DNA of 64,000 bases, from NCBI GenBank assembly GCA_964270895.1, contig OZ185442.1; one strand, given 5' to 3'. This DNA comes from Podarcis filfolensis. Taxonomy: Eukaryota. The notes under the pieces were generated by a model. The model made no database searches and was not told the DNA's origin. It saw only the letters and a list, made by a program, of their open reading frames with translations. The position numbers were made by a program, and so were the translations under genes. Shown here in pieces: positions 1-12,244 of this stretch; positions within the stretch are counted from its first letter, which is position 1; every line of letters begins with the position of its first letter.

Positions 1-144
1 GGGGGACTGACTCTTTTTTCCACCTGCTTCTGTTTTGCATTGCTACTATATCTGTCCTACCAGGACCTAAGAGTTTTGTGTTCAGCCTGCCCCCACCCCC
101 CAGGAATCTGCCATATCAGTGTGCTGTCTGGGTCTTTATTGCAG

Positions 145-625
<481 letters not shown>

Positions 626-3271
626 TGCTGTGCCTATGAGGAGCAGCGGTGATGGGGGGCATTTTACCACGGACATGTGTGTAGACAAGGCCCTTTGTGC
701 TGACAGTGGACTGTGCCAAGCAGAGGTTAGCATCCAGCTTACTACTGAATCTGTCTCTGCTTGGGGCACCTGTTTGGCTGGGGAAGGAAGAGGATGAGGT
801 GACACAGCCTCCATTGCTACTCTGGGAGATGGACACAAAGGGGAGAAGGCTGAGCCCAGCCCACTCTGGTTTTTTCCCATCCAGACATCCCTGCCTTCAT
901 GGTTGCTCTTTCATTCCCCCCCCCCCTAACGCTGCTTGGCTTGTTTATATACAAATAAAAACAATCCGAAACTTCCACTATACCGCAACCCTTTTTTCCT
1001 GAGACCCCTTCCAGCTCCTGTGGAAGCAACACCTGGTGCCACCCCAAAGAGAAAACCGAACTGGCTTCACCTAAGGCCATTGCTTACTCCTTGAAATCTG
1101 AAATGCTGCACTTCCAAGCTTGAGCTGAACTTTGAAGAGTGCGGCCTTCTTCTGGCTCAGCCAAAGTGGCAGGAAGCTCTCCAAGTGAGAAATACACTCC
1201 AAGGCTTAACTAATGCTCAGCTCTCTCCTGGAGTTGAGGTACTCATGTTGGAAGTGCTGTCCAAGAAGCTTACCTTGCCAAGGCCTGATTTGTTGCATGG
1301 TTTGAGGTACGGTATCTGAAAATGAGCTCTGCCCCACAGGATGCTGTGTTGCTGCAGAATTTATTGCCCTTCAGCTCTGTAGCGTTTTGCATGTGTGGCA
1401 CAGAAAAAGCAGAAGGGGAGCAGAACAGGGATGAGGAGGGCTGCAGCTCCAAGCCCCTCAGCCTCACCCTGGCACTGTGGCTCAACCCAGCAAGCCTGCT
1501 GCTTCTCAGAAAGGGATGACGTCTGCTCTTCCAGCTGTGGCACAAGAGGTGACAGTACTAAGGAATGCAAACTGGGCACCTGTCAGCACACAGGTGCTGG
1601 CAAAGTCCTGCAAAAGAGATGGAGCTTTCCCGCCTTTGCAGCTGCAGCATGTGGGAGATCTGCCTCCCATTCCCCCCCATGGCTCCTTTGCTCACGGTTG
1701 GGCCTCTGCTGGTGTGTCTCTGCTGCAATCTGGGGCTCTAGAGTGTCTTTTTAAAAAATCCATGCCATGGGGAGGCAAAAGACTCATTTATTCCACCCCA
1801 TTGGCTCTAGGCAATGGCTCTTGTGCCACAAGTGGAGGAGGCTGGCAATGCTCAAGCATAGGCTTCTACTTACAGCAGGGTTTTTGCTTCCCTGAAGGTA
1901 ACTGCTGATTCCTAATTCAACAAATCCACCTTTCTCGGCCACTAAAGCTATCTTCTTGTGCTTTAGTCTTCTTGTCTTAGTACTACTGAGGAAGGCATGT
2001 AGGGGAGGGTGGGAGCTCTTGGTCTCTAGAAATTCAAGTGAATAGCTGTGAGAACCTCTTAACTGTCAAGGGGTTTAGCGGCCTGAACACCCCCTGCCCC
2101 CTTTCTTGTCATGTGTACATAATTTTGAGTTGATTCCAGTGTGGGGAGGGACAGTTTATGGAAGAATAAAGTGTTGAACTATTTGTCTCTTATATATTCA
2201 GCTGATTTTTTTACAAGCAACATACAATGGTACAATTTGTTTCACAGTTTCTCTACAGGAGATGAAAGAAGAGGCAGTCTCCTTTGTTCTGCTTAGTCTT
2301 ATCTCCTTCCCACACCACAGATGCAATCCACATCCCTACAAGCTGAAGGCGCTAGAGCCTTGAGGCCAGCAGCTCTGTGCACAATTTAGCTAGCTAGGAG
2401 GAGGTTGTAGGTGCATTTAATCTGTAAATCTCTTTAAGAGGTTTTATTAAAATCAAGAGGTTTATTTTATGAGTTGACTGTTTAATTTCTATACTGCTTA
2501 ATCTATTAAAAATATCTGTAAGCGGTGTACAGAAGACTGAAGCAAAAACAGACAACTTAAAACATTACTAAAATACAGTTACGTATTATGTTGTGAAGTA
2601 AAACATGGTGAGGTATTACAGGTGAAGAGGTGGTCAATGCCTTTTTATTGTGAATTGCTATGAAGTTTTAGTTGGTGTCTGTTGCTTTTAACAAGTGTTT
2701 GCCCACCTTCCCACATGCTACTTCACTAGTCAAGGTAGAAGTTGGAGAAGGCCATCTCACAGGATCAGCCTTGCTTTTTCTTCTTGAATTTTGCCCCCCC
2801 CCCAAAAAAAATGAGCAGCTGGAGAGAGGCCCCATTAGTGGATGATCAAGTTGTTTAGGGTTGGTTTGGAGAGGCTCTGTTTGGAGCTTCCACTGGCTGA
2901 AATTGGACAAAGCCATTTTTCTTCAAGGTACTGTACAGTGCACTGGCCAAGAGAGTGGCATGCAGTAGTTGAAAGATACTGAATTACGACCCTTTAACAG
3001 CTTCTGCTTTCTTAGTACCCCCCCAACTCCTGCAGCACCATGTGGGGTGGGGGCAGGGCATGCTTATGTCCAGCTTACCTGCCCAGCTTCCACTCCTCAT
3101 GCCACAATTAGGGAAAGTAAAGATGACAAACAGTAAAAACATCATTGAACCCCCTCACATTGGAAGTGTCCACCTTCTCTTTCTATTGTCGCTTTCACTG
3201 GTTTGGACATACTTAGGAACAGCAGGCAGAGAAAAAGTGGCCTCTCTCTCCGCCCCCCCGGGCCCAGTCCT

Positions 3272-4629
3272 TCACTCATTTAGCTGTTCCCACTGCAGAT
3301 TCACAAAAGTTCTGCTGTCCATCTTGTCAATATACAACACACCCTGCAGATGGTCCATCTCATGCTGGATGATGCGGGCTGCCCAGCCACTTGCCGGCCA
3401 GCTAAACTGCTCCCCGACTTCATTCAGACCTGAGGAAAGGAAAAAGAGGAACTCCAGTGAGAAATGCAGCTCTAGAGTCCTGCCATGCCTTAATGACTCA
3501 CTCCCCATGAAGGAACATGTATATCTGACTGAACTTTCCCCAAGCTGTAGGCCCAGTGCAGACTCCCTGCACCCAGAGAATATCTACCTGTCCCTGCTTT
3601 TTGCTGGCACTTATTGAAACCAGCTGTCCCCCTCAGTCCTGTCAAAAATTAGAAAAGTGACACTTAGGAAAGATTCCACAGCAGGACAGCATAAGCAAGC
3701 AGGAGAAACTGATGCTCCTGATGTTCTACCCACTCACTCTCCCCATTCCATTTTTCATACATAAATTGTCCCTTGCTACACCTCCTGTCTTCAGTCACAC
3801 CAAATAACAGAAAAGCAACATGTGAGTGTGCTACTGATGAAAGGCTTTGGCATAAAAACATGCACATTTTGACAGGCAGTGTGGGAAGAAGTTGTTTGGT
3901 GCCATGAGTTTGTACTTAGCTACGTTCCCACAATCGGAATGCATAATGTAGATTCCCGTTTGCATTAATAACACCTCTTAAGATCAACATAGAGCCAAGT
4001 TTGAACACCTGAGGCTCGCCACACACTTATACCAGCTCCAAAACTCGCACCTCATCCAAGTGTGTTAAAGCTACAAGGAATAACATTGCCAGCTTACCGG
4101 AAACTGCCACGGCTTGGTATCTGGCGACGCAAGCAGAGAAGCCACTGATGCTTTTACAGCCCTCGGGGAAAGAGACCAGTTGGGAGTCCAGCACCCTCAT
4201 GGATGGATTCACTACCACATGCAGGGGGAAGGGGGCCATCTGGCAAGCCTGGCGCATGCTGGGGGTGTGCTCATGAAAGAGCCTCTCAGGGAACTCCGCC
4301 ACAAAGATCTGGAGTGGCACACCTACTTGAGGAGCACTGAGACCCACACATTGTTCTTTCCTCATCACGCGAACCAGAGTACGGATGAGGGTCTGCACCT
4401 CACTACTGGCAATCTGTGAGGGCTCCACGGGGGCAGCCAGGGAGCGCAGAATGGGGTCCCCCACCTGGCAGACATGGCTGTAGGGTGGGGTGGGAGGTTT
4501 CAAGACTTTGCGCCGCAGATATTGCCAATAGGTGCGCTGCTTCTCTGCTGGAGAGGAACAAGTGTGGCTGCAACTTCTGCATGGTAAAGGTGCCAGGAAA
4601 GCTCTGTTCCAAAGGAGGCTGTCCAGCAT
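3272..4629 (-). CDS. PDF: Mitochondrial peptide deformylase; coding exons 4629-4098 and 3429-3272; 229 aa
   Basis: All three PDF motifs are present: [12 protein letters not shown] and QHEMDHLQG (HEXXH). The intron is phase 1 (G|GTAAG ... CCTCAG|GT). The first in-frame ATG is at 4629; an in-frame TGA at 4677-4675 rules out an upstream extension. Confidence 0.95.
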
Positions 4630-4821
4630 CCAGGCCAAGCCAGGCCTTAGCCTACAAACTGCCAAAATTGTGCTTCAGCCACAAAGCCATCTGTCCAAAG
4701 AGCAAATAAATATAAGATGAGAAAATAAAAACAATGCAAAGACAACAGGTGCAAGCACTCCCAAGGGTTACTGCTGGAAAGATTCTAGAGTCAAAGGGTG
4801 GCCTAGCTAAGATCACTGGGA

Positions 4822-5029
4822 GGGGAAGGGCTGGAGGCTGGCGCTCGGGCAGAGCATCCGCTTGGCTTTTGTATGATCCCAGGTTCAATACCCAGCAGTG
4901 TCGCCAAGTAAGGGCTGGAAGAGACACACAGAGACCCAATAGGAAACCCTGGAGAGCTACTGCCCATCAGCATAGCCAGTACTGAGCTAGATGGACCAAG
5001 GATCTGTCTACTCTGTATGGCATTTTCCT
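4822..5029 (+). mobile_element. Degenerate tRNA-derived squamate SINE (Squam3-like)
   Basis: It has a B-box-like GGTTCAATACCC and the 3' part TACTGAGCTAGATGGACCAAGG shared with the copies at 24614-24780 and 27995-28178. Confidence 0.6.
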
Positions 5030-5189
5030 GTGACTCTGCAGAGATGGAAAAAGCGGGCTTCTCTGCAAAAGAAATACAGAAAGATTCTAAGATTTGCAGC
5101 AGCAAATCTAACATTTGCAGCAGCAAAATTAGGAGGCGGAATGTTCTGTACCCCTTCCAATTAAATTTTGGATACCTCTCTTGTATATA

Positions 5190-5370
5190 TTATCATCATC
5201 TATTTATTTCCCTCCAAGCAGCTCACATGGTTCCTTCCCACCGATATTTTAATTCTCCCAATAACCCGGTGAGGTAGGGATATGCTGCGGGAGAATGAAG
5301 GGTCCAAGGTCATCCGGTGAGCATCATAGGAATGAGCGGAGGACTTGAACTCAGCTCTCCCAATGCACTC
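5190..5370. mobile_element. MIR/CORE-like SINE fragment
   Basis: The stretch AATAACCCGGTGAGGTAGG...CCAAGGTCATCCGGTGAGC...GGACTTGAACTCAGCTCTCCC resembles CORE-type SINEs (recalled). Confidence 0.5.
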
Positions 5371-5500
5371 TTGACCAGCAAAAGGCCAGAACTCTGCTGC
5401 TGGGCTTCTACTTGCAGGGAGGCTCGTTCTAATTTATTTTAACATCGAGGAGTGTTTCAAAATGTGGGTCCCCCACCCGCAACCAGGACCTCAGCCCTAC

Positions 5501-5581
5501 CTGACTCCAAGTCTCAAGTTTCAATGGGGCCGCCCAACTTCCTGTCTTGACAAACCACGCGAAGAGAGGAAACCGGAAGTG
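5501..5581 (-). promoter_or_regulatory. Candidate PDF promoter and non-coding first exon
   Basis: This is a small CpG patch with ETS/GABP motifs ACCGGAAGTG (5572-5581) and ACTTCCTG (5537-5544) and a GC box. A minus-strand donor CAG|GTAGGG sits at 5501/5500 and pairs with a polypyrimidine acceptor at 4691/4690. Confidence 0.55.
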
Positions 5582-5938
5582 CCCGTGGATGCTGGGAAAT
5601 GTAGTTCTCAAAACAAAGAACGGCACCACTCCGTGGCAGGCGGGGTTCTTGCAGACGCTTTAGGTCAGCTTCTTCCATAAGAGGATGCGGTTGTGTAGCG
5701 AAGGGGAGAATAACATCCCTCTTGAAGTGACAGGTTTTCCCCATCATATCATTGGTGCAGCTGCCTCAGGCTCATCTGCTTCACCTCAGCCCTGCTGCTA
5801 AAGTCTACAACAGCAAGTTTAAGCCCTGAATATTTGCTGCATTTCCACAGATGCACCCCTCAACTACCTGCTAGGGGGGGAAATCCTTCCAACCAATCTA
5901 GACAAAAATTGTTCTAGCCTTTTCTGTGCAGAGACTTA

Positions 5939-6865
5939 CCGTATTTTTCGCACCATAGGGCGCACTGGACCATAGGGCGCACCCAGTTTTTAGGGGGGGG
6001 GGAATCAAGGGGAAAAAAATTCCCCCCCAGCCCCAAAGAGCAGCGTACAGGCTGCGCACAACCTCTCCCTGCCGGAGGGGTTGCGCGCGGCTATGGCACA
6101 AGCCAAGGCAGCGAGCAGGATGGATCCCGCTCGCTGTTTTGGCTTCCCCTTTAGCCCCGTGCAGCCTCTCCTTGCCAGGAGAGGCTGCGTGGGGCTAAAG
6201 ACTCCATAGCCCCGTGCAGCCTCTCCTTGTCGGAGGGGTTGCGCGCAGCTATGGAGCAAGCCAAAGCAGCAAGCGGGATGGATCCCGCTCGCTGTTTTGG
6301 CTTCCCCTTTAGCCCCGTGCAGCCTTTTCCTCCCGGGAGAGGCTGCATGGGGCTAAAGAATCCATAGCCCCGTGCAGCCTCTCCTTGCCGGAGGGGTTGC
6401 ACACAGCTATGGAGCAAGCCAAAGCAGCAAGCGGGATGGATCCCGCTCGCTGTTTTGACTTCCCCTTTAGCCCTGTGCAGCCTCTCCTTGCCAGGAGACG
6501 CTGCGCAGGGCTAAAGAATCCATAGCCCCGTGCAGCCTCTCCTTGCCGGGAGACACTGCGCAGGGCTTTCCTGAGAGGTGGGGGGATTCACCCACCTCCC
6601 GCAAAACCAGCAGAAGCCGCGCAACTCCTTTAAAGAGATCGCGGCTTCTCCTGGCTTTTCTGGGAGGTGGGAGAAGGGACTGATGCGGCCAGTCAGTCCC
6701 TTCTCCCTCCTGTGGAAAAGCCCGCAAGAGCGCACGGAGCTTGTGTGCAGCTCTTGGGGGCTTTTCCCGCCTGCCTCCCCCCTGCATTCGCTCCATAGGA
6801 CGCACACACATTTTCCCTTGCTTTTTAGGAGGGGAAAAGTGTGTCCTATGGTGTGAAAAATACGG
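5939..6865. mobile_element. Non-autonomous TcMar (Tc2/Kanga-like) DNA transposon, 927 bp
   Basis: The 27-bp TIRs are CCGTATTTTTCGCACCATAGGGCGCAC and CCGTATTTTTCACACCATAGGACACAC (24/27 match). TA target duplications are at 5937-5938 and 6866-6867. No transposase ORF is present. Confidence 0.85.
6062..6560. repeat. 158-bp GC-rich tandem repeat, 3 full units plus a partial, inside the MITE
   Basis: Units start at 6062, 6220, 6378 and 6536. The marker GGATGGATCCCGC recurs at 6118, 6276 and 6434, a period of exactly 158. Confidence 0.9.
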
Positions 6866-7194
6866 TAATCCAATTAAGACTCCCTCACACTTACCTGCTA
6901 CCTTTTTAGGACACAGTCCACCCTTCTCTCCCTGCCTCCTGTCCACTTTGCTTAATATCCCCCCCCCAAAAAAAGAGAGAATTTTGAAGCATTCAAAATC
7001 TCACTCACTTGTTGTCCTGAGCCATTTTAACTTGCCCTGGTGATGGAGCTGTTGTTTTAAATTTGTTTATTTCTAATCTACTAAAGCTCAGACAAACCAG
7101 GATCTAAACTCTTCGCCTCCCTGTGGAATGCCCTCCCTTCAAATGTCAAGGAGATAAAGAACTACAGAATTTTTAGAAGACATCTGAAAGTTTT

Positions 7195-7283
7195 TAATGT
7201 TTGATGTTTTACTATGTTATATATGCTATAAGCTGCCCAGAGTGGCAGCTTATAGCATTTATTAATTATTATTATTATTATTA
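7195..7283 (+). repeat. 3' tail of a LINE/SINE ending in (ATT)n, containing a 15-bp perfect inverted repeat
   Basis: GCTGCCCAGAGTGGC followed by (ATT)n matches the tail at 30803-30876. The inverted repeat spans 7223-7258. Confidence 0.6.
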
Positions 7284-7703
7284 AAACCTCATTTCTTGGA
7301 CTTCAACTGCAGATGATATTGGCCTTGGCTAGCAGGTTTCCTCTTCCTGTAATTACCCTCTTCTGAAGGGACAGCTACAACCCAAAGCAGTTGGTAAGAA
7401 CAGTGGGATTCCTGCACTCAGCAAGTTGGACTTACCAAAGAAGAAATTCATACCTAGTCTGAGACATCAATGGAAAACTGGCAGAGACACATTTTATTCT
7501 GCAGCTTAAGGCATCAGGCAATTCCAGAGGAGAGGAAGATAAGGATGACACACGAGCATTTTTGGTGAATGGGGAGGCCCAGAAAAAACTGGTACTGACT
7601 GATACCTAAAGCAACTAGCTTTGAGAGAGAAGATTCAGGGGCCCACTCTTTTCACAGTACAGCATAGTGAGGTACAACACAGAGAACCAAACAAGCAATC
7701 AAG

Positions 7704-7709
7704 TTTATT
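7704..7709 (-). terminator. Candidate COG8 poly(A) signal AATAAA
   Basis: TTTATT on the + strand lies about 220 nt past the COG8 stop; a second one is near 7492. Confidence 0.5.
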
Positions 7710-7926
7710 CAAACCCTGATCCACCTTCACCAAAATTCCTTCCTCCCAGTGTCCACACCCAACTTCCTTCCCATCAGAGCAATGAAAGCTCAACTCAGTC
7801 TGTCCTTGAAGTGCTGAAGTAGAACCCAAAACCAAGAGCTGTGCCTGCCCATGGCAGGAATGAGTCTCTCCTCAGTCAGGTTCAAGTGTCATGGAACCCC
7901 GGAAAACAGGCAAAATCCAGTGAAAA

Positions 7927-10900
7927 CTATTCTAGAGGAGCACTCAGCAGCAAGGCATCACCAGAAGCTGCACTGCTCTCTTCTGCTTCCAGAACAGGGA
8001 CTGGGGCACTGGGATCTGCCTCCTGCCTGGCATCAGGGAGTTCCAAGTCCAATGGAGGAGGTGCTAGGCTTTCTTCAGTCAGCCTTTTCTCCTCAGACAA
8101 GGGAGATACAGTCTCTTTCTCCGGCAGGACTGAGGCCAGGAGCTCCTGAATCAGCTGCTCATCCACACAGCCAAGACTGCCATATTTGTGCAGCTGTGTT
8201 GGGGGAACACCTAGCAGTAAAAAAAGAAAATATATTAAAATGAGAAGTTAAAATCTTACATCAACCCTGAGCTAGAGAACATTCCCTGTACTACTGCCAA
8301 TTCTCTCTCTCTCCCTTCCCCTGGCAGTAGCCTGAGCTGTTGAGCACAGATTTCAATGACTTGCAGGCTTACAAGGACCACCACCAAGCAACCCCACCCC
8401 ACCATGTGCTGTTCACAAAGTCACAAGCAGAAGCCACTCATCCACCACAGGCCAGGGCTCAGCTGCAAGCTCCTTCCCCACCAAAAGTATTCAAGCAGCC
8501 ATACCCAAAGTCTGTGCAATTTGTGCTGGGGGAAAGAGGAGCTGCAGACAACGGTTGAGGTAGGGCACCAAGTCTTCCAGAAATGCCATGCAGAAGTGAA
8601 TGAACAGCTCTTGCTCTCGGCTGCTGAAGGCCACAGCCTCTGCCCGGTGGAAAACCAAAATGACCTTTGTCACCTGCAAAGAGAAAAAAGAGAAGCTAGA
8701 ATTTCTTGGTTTGGTGTCCAAATGGAAGGAAGGGTCTGCAGTACTACTCAGCATGCCAGCCTCATCAAATGGTCAAAATAAAAGCCCAGCTAATCGGTCT
8801 GGGACACACCCAGAAGCTGAGTGAAAAGATGTCACATACTACCTTATAGAGCAGGGACTGAGAACCTTTGATCTCTCAAGTGCCACAGTCTCCTGGCAGG
8901 CAATCCAGCAGGGGCCATTTGCTGACTATGGGTGGTTAGAGCTAGTGGTGAGCAAGTTCAGTAGCAAAAACAGGCGAGGTCAACCACTTTCTCCTTCCTC
9001 TCTCTCTCTCTCCCCCAGCCCACCCAAAGCAGGGACTGATTGCTGTTGTCAGATGCCTGAACTAGTTGCTTGCAAAGGGCTTCTTGAAATAAGGCAGAGG
9101 CTCATCCCTGAACAAACAGACAGCAGCAACATGAGAGGGAACAAGCATAAACTCACAAACATGACCTGCCAAGTTGCTGAAAAGGGCTAGGAAACTCCAA
9201 GGAGTATGACTAAAGATAAGGCTGCAAGCAGCTAAAACTCTGCTGCTAGCAAATTCCTGTCCTGTCACCTAGACATCTGGAGCATTTTTAATCCAGCCTC
9301 TTGGTGCACATGAGCAACAGAGAGCCCCACCTGGCCAAGTGCATCCTCCAGGGTAGCTGCCACGTCTGGGGCAAGAGCCACAGGGCAGCAGAGGCGCAGG
9401 TCGTTGAAGGCTACCAGGATGTTGTTGAGAAAGCAGGCGAGTGGTGGGAAATCTAGCAGCACCATGGGGGGCTGCAGGGTGCCTGGCTGGGTAGAAGGAG
9501 CCACTGCTACAGGGATGGTGCTGCTGCTGCTGCCCAAGGCAGTTGGCACAGAGATTAGCGTGTAGGAGTTCATCTCCTCCTGGAATTTGTTCACAGCTTC
9601 CTGCATGGCTCTCTTGAAGGTGACCAGTGCCACCCGCTGAAATATGGGGATGAGCAGGCCCCGGAAGTCCGCTCCAACACGGCTGAACGAGAGGCCAAAG
9701 TACATGCACTGGCCCAGCAGGGAGTCCAGGCGGCTGCCCACACCACGCTGCAAGTCACGCTCAAGCACCAGCAGGAACTGGGAGACCTTCTGCAGGACCC
9801 ACCCATGGAAGATGGCACTTTCATTGAGGGTGTCCTGCCCAGGGGGAGGCACCAGCGGCTCCTCGTCAGCAAAAATGGCACGGTACTGCGTGACAATGTC
9901 AAAGAGGTGCACGCGGCAGGCCTCGATGGTCTTGGTAATATGCACGTAGGGGTCGTCACCAGGAACAGCAGCAAGGATAGAACGTAGCCAGATGTCCCGT
10001 GCCTGCAGAAAAGTAATTCGTAGCTCAGCCTCAGTGAAGACATCCATGCAGCGAAGGTAGCCAATGATGCGCAAGCAGGCTGGCAGCTGAATGTTGGTGC
10101 GAAGCTGCTGGATCAGCTGCGTAAGCATGAGCTGTGTGGACTGGCGCACCTCTGCCACTATGCCCTGGGAAGGAGAAGAGAGACAAAATAAACTTCTGTT
10201 ACCCATGGTACCCAATCCATGCTGATCTCAATACTGCACAAACTATTTTATTTTCACTAGAGTCCTTATGGTCCATCCATGTGATCACTTAAGAAAGGGT
10301 CTACAGGTCACTGATAGATATACGTGTTTGATATACTAGCTATACTCTGGCTGCCAAAGTAGACAATATTGGGCTTAGTGCATGGTCAAACCTGGTATAA
10401 CTGCATGTTATAATGATGTGTACTTTTGGGAACTTTTAAAGAGGTATAACTTGCTGTTATCCTGAGTTCCTTTGGGAGGAAGAGTGGGATATGAACGTGG
10501 TAAATAAATAAAGTGTTGTGACCTTAAGAATGCATTCTTCTTTGCAGATGGAAGAAGGGCTTTACTGGATCAGAACAGGGCCTGCCTCATCTCAGCTTTC
10601 TGTACAAGAATCCCTGCAACTAGCAAATTAGACATTAGCCAAGAGTTGTTAGTCAGTGATGGGGTGTGGTCTACCTTCTATCTACCCCTGCTTTACAGAT
10701 TGCACTTAAAGAGATCAGTGGCTTGTATCCTGCTCTTGTTTAAAGTCAAAGAAATAGATCCCCTCAGCACGTGCACAAACCCTGGCTGCAATAAGCAACA
10801 TAAGCACTTAGTCAAGAAAAAAGGCAACAAGAGAAGAAGCCTCAGATCCAGAAATATTCTGGCTTCTACAAAGAGAACATGACAGCTCATGATGGTCCAG

Positions 10901-11892
10901 GATTGTGGGCCTCGGGTATCACCTGGATCAAACTTAGGAAACCAGCACAGAAGCCACACTACCTCTGCCTCTGTGAGCCATGGCAGAGAAAACAAATGCA
11001 AAGGGTTGGAGATGCCTTTCTTCGCTAAGCTTTTGCTCAGGTCCTGAAACTCTAGTAGCAAATGGTTGGGACCTACTATCACCGTATGGCTTAAGGCAGC
11101 TCTGGCACCTGCTAGGCTCAGAACATGTCTGCACCTGGATGACAGGGATGGTGGCATGCTTCTTCTCCAGGCGGCGGACGTAGGACACCAGCTCCAGGGC
11201 CTCCTCGTAGTAACTGTTGCGGACACAGGTGTCCATCAGCTGGGGGATCTCCAGCACTTCCAGGATCTCTGTGTGGAGGTTCAGAGTCAGGCTGTTCATA
11301 CGGCGGTTCTGAGCGATCTGTTCAGCCTCCTGCATGAAGTTCCTGGAGGCAGGAGCAAAAGAAGAAGAAAGCAGGTTAGGCCAGGAAAAGCAAAGGGGGA
11401 AGCCAGCCAGCCAGCCCCCTCTAACCCACCCATTCCAATGGCAGTGAGTTCCATAAGTTAACTGTGGGGCGCCCCAGGATTATTCCTGCCCCCAAAAGGA
11501 GTGTGGCGGCAGCCTTGGCCTCCAACTCCTCCTGCTCACCGGCAGGCCTCGGCGAAGGGTGGGAGGCGGCCCAAGAGGCGGTCGAGGCCCTGCTCGATGC
11601 CACCGAAGCCGCGACGCGTCTCAGCGGTGCATTCGGCGGAGCGGATGAAGGTCTTGTAGTGGGCGAAGGCCAAGGCACGCGTCTGCGCCCCGAGCTGCGC
11701 TCGTTCCTCCGCCAACCGGCCGGGTTCCCTCCGCAAGGCCTCCAGGCCCAGCCCTGCCAGCGCCGACAGGTAGGTCGCCAGCTCCGCGTCCCCCGCCGCC
11801 AGGGGCGGAGGCAGCGGCGAGGTCGCCCCGCGGAACAGCCATGCCAGCAGGCTCGCTTCCTCTAGGTCCGCCGAAGGCTCCGGGGCCGCCAT
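7927..11892 (-). CDS. COG8: Conserved oligomeric Golgi complex subunit 8; exons 11892-11540, 11342-11135, 10164-9331, 8673-8505, 8210-7927; 615 aa
   Basis: Five GT-AG exons join in frame (1848 nt). They contain Dor1/COG8 motifs LAFAHYKTFIRSAEC, LEIPQLMDTCVRNSYYEEALEL and LLGQCMYFGLSFSRVGADFRG. The stop TAG is at 7929-7927. Confidence 0.95.
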
Positions 11893-12244
11893 CGGGCCTC
11901 CCTCGACGTGGACCAGGAAGTGATCGCTATGGCAACCGGGAGGCCGCGCTAGCCAGAGGCGGAGGCTAGTCCTCCGTGGCAGATCCGGGTGCCGCTCTGC
12001 CCGAAACCTCTGTGTTCGTATGACGTAACCGGGAGGTCACGCTCCGACGCTCCGACATGAAGATCACTTGCACTCTATTGTGACCATAGACATATTTCTG
12101 TGTGTCAGCCTAGAGAGGGAAGAGCCTATGAGTGTGGGACACCCGAACTTAGTTTGATGTTGCAACTTCCGCTTCACGTCTTTGATCCGAGGCTTCCTTG
12201 AATTGGAACCACGCGGGTCTCCGGCGTCTGTCTCGGGAGGTGCG
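11893..12244. promoter_or_regulatory. COG8/NIP7 bidirectional CpG-island promoter
   Basis: Only 352 bp separate the two divergent ATGs. The region is CpG-rich, with ETS motifs CCAGGAAGTG (11913-11922) and ACTTCCG (12165-12171) and a CRE-like TGACGTAA (12021-12028). Confidence 0.8.

Noticed and set aside
3272-4629. Bacterial-type peptide deformylase as possible horizontal transfer
   Set aside because: It is the standard nuclear-encoded mitochondrial PDF, with an intron and the conserved vertebrate neighbours VPS4A and COG8.
4663-4665. ORF-track start of PDF at 4665
   Set aside because: That codon is TTG. The first in-frame ATG is at 4629.
5086-5127. 21-bp tandem duplications here and near 27686-27720
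   Set aside because: These are ordinary slippage duplications in introns with no sign of function.
6062-6560. Regular repeat with hairpins, superficially CRISPR-like
   Set aside because: The units are near-identical along their whole length with no unique spacers. They sit inside transposon TIRs in a vertebrate locus with no cas genes.
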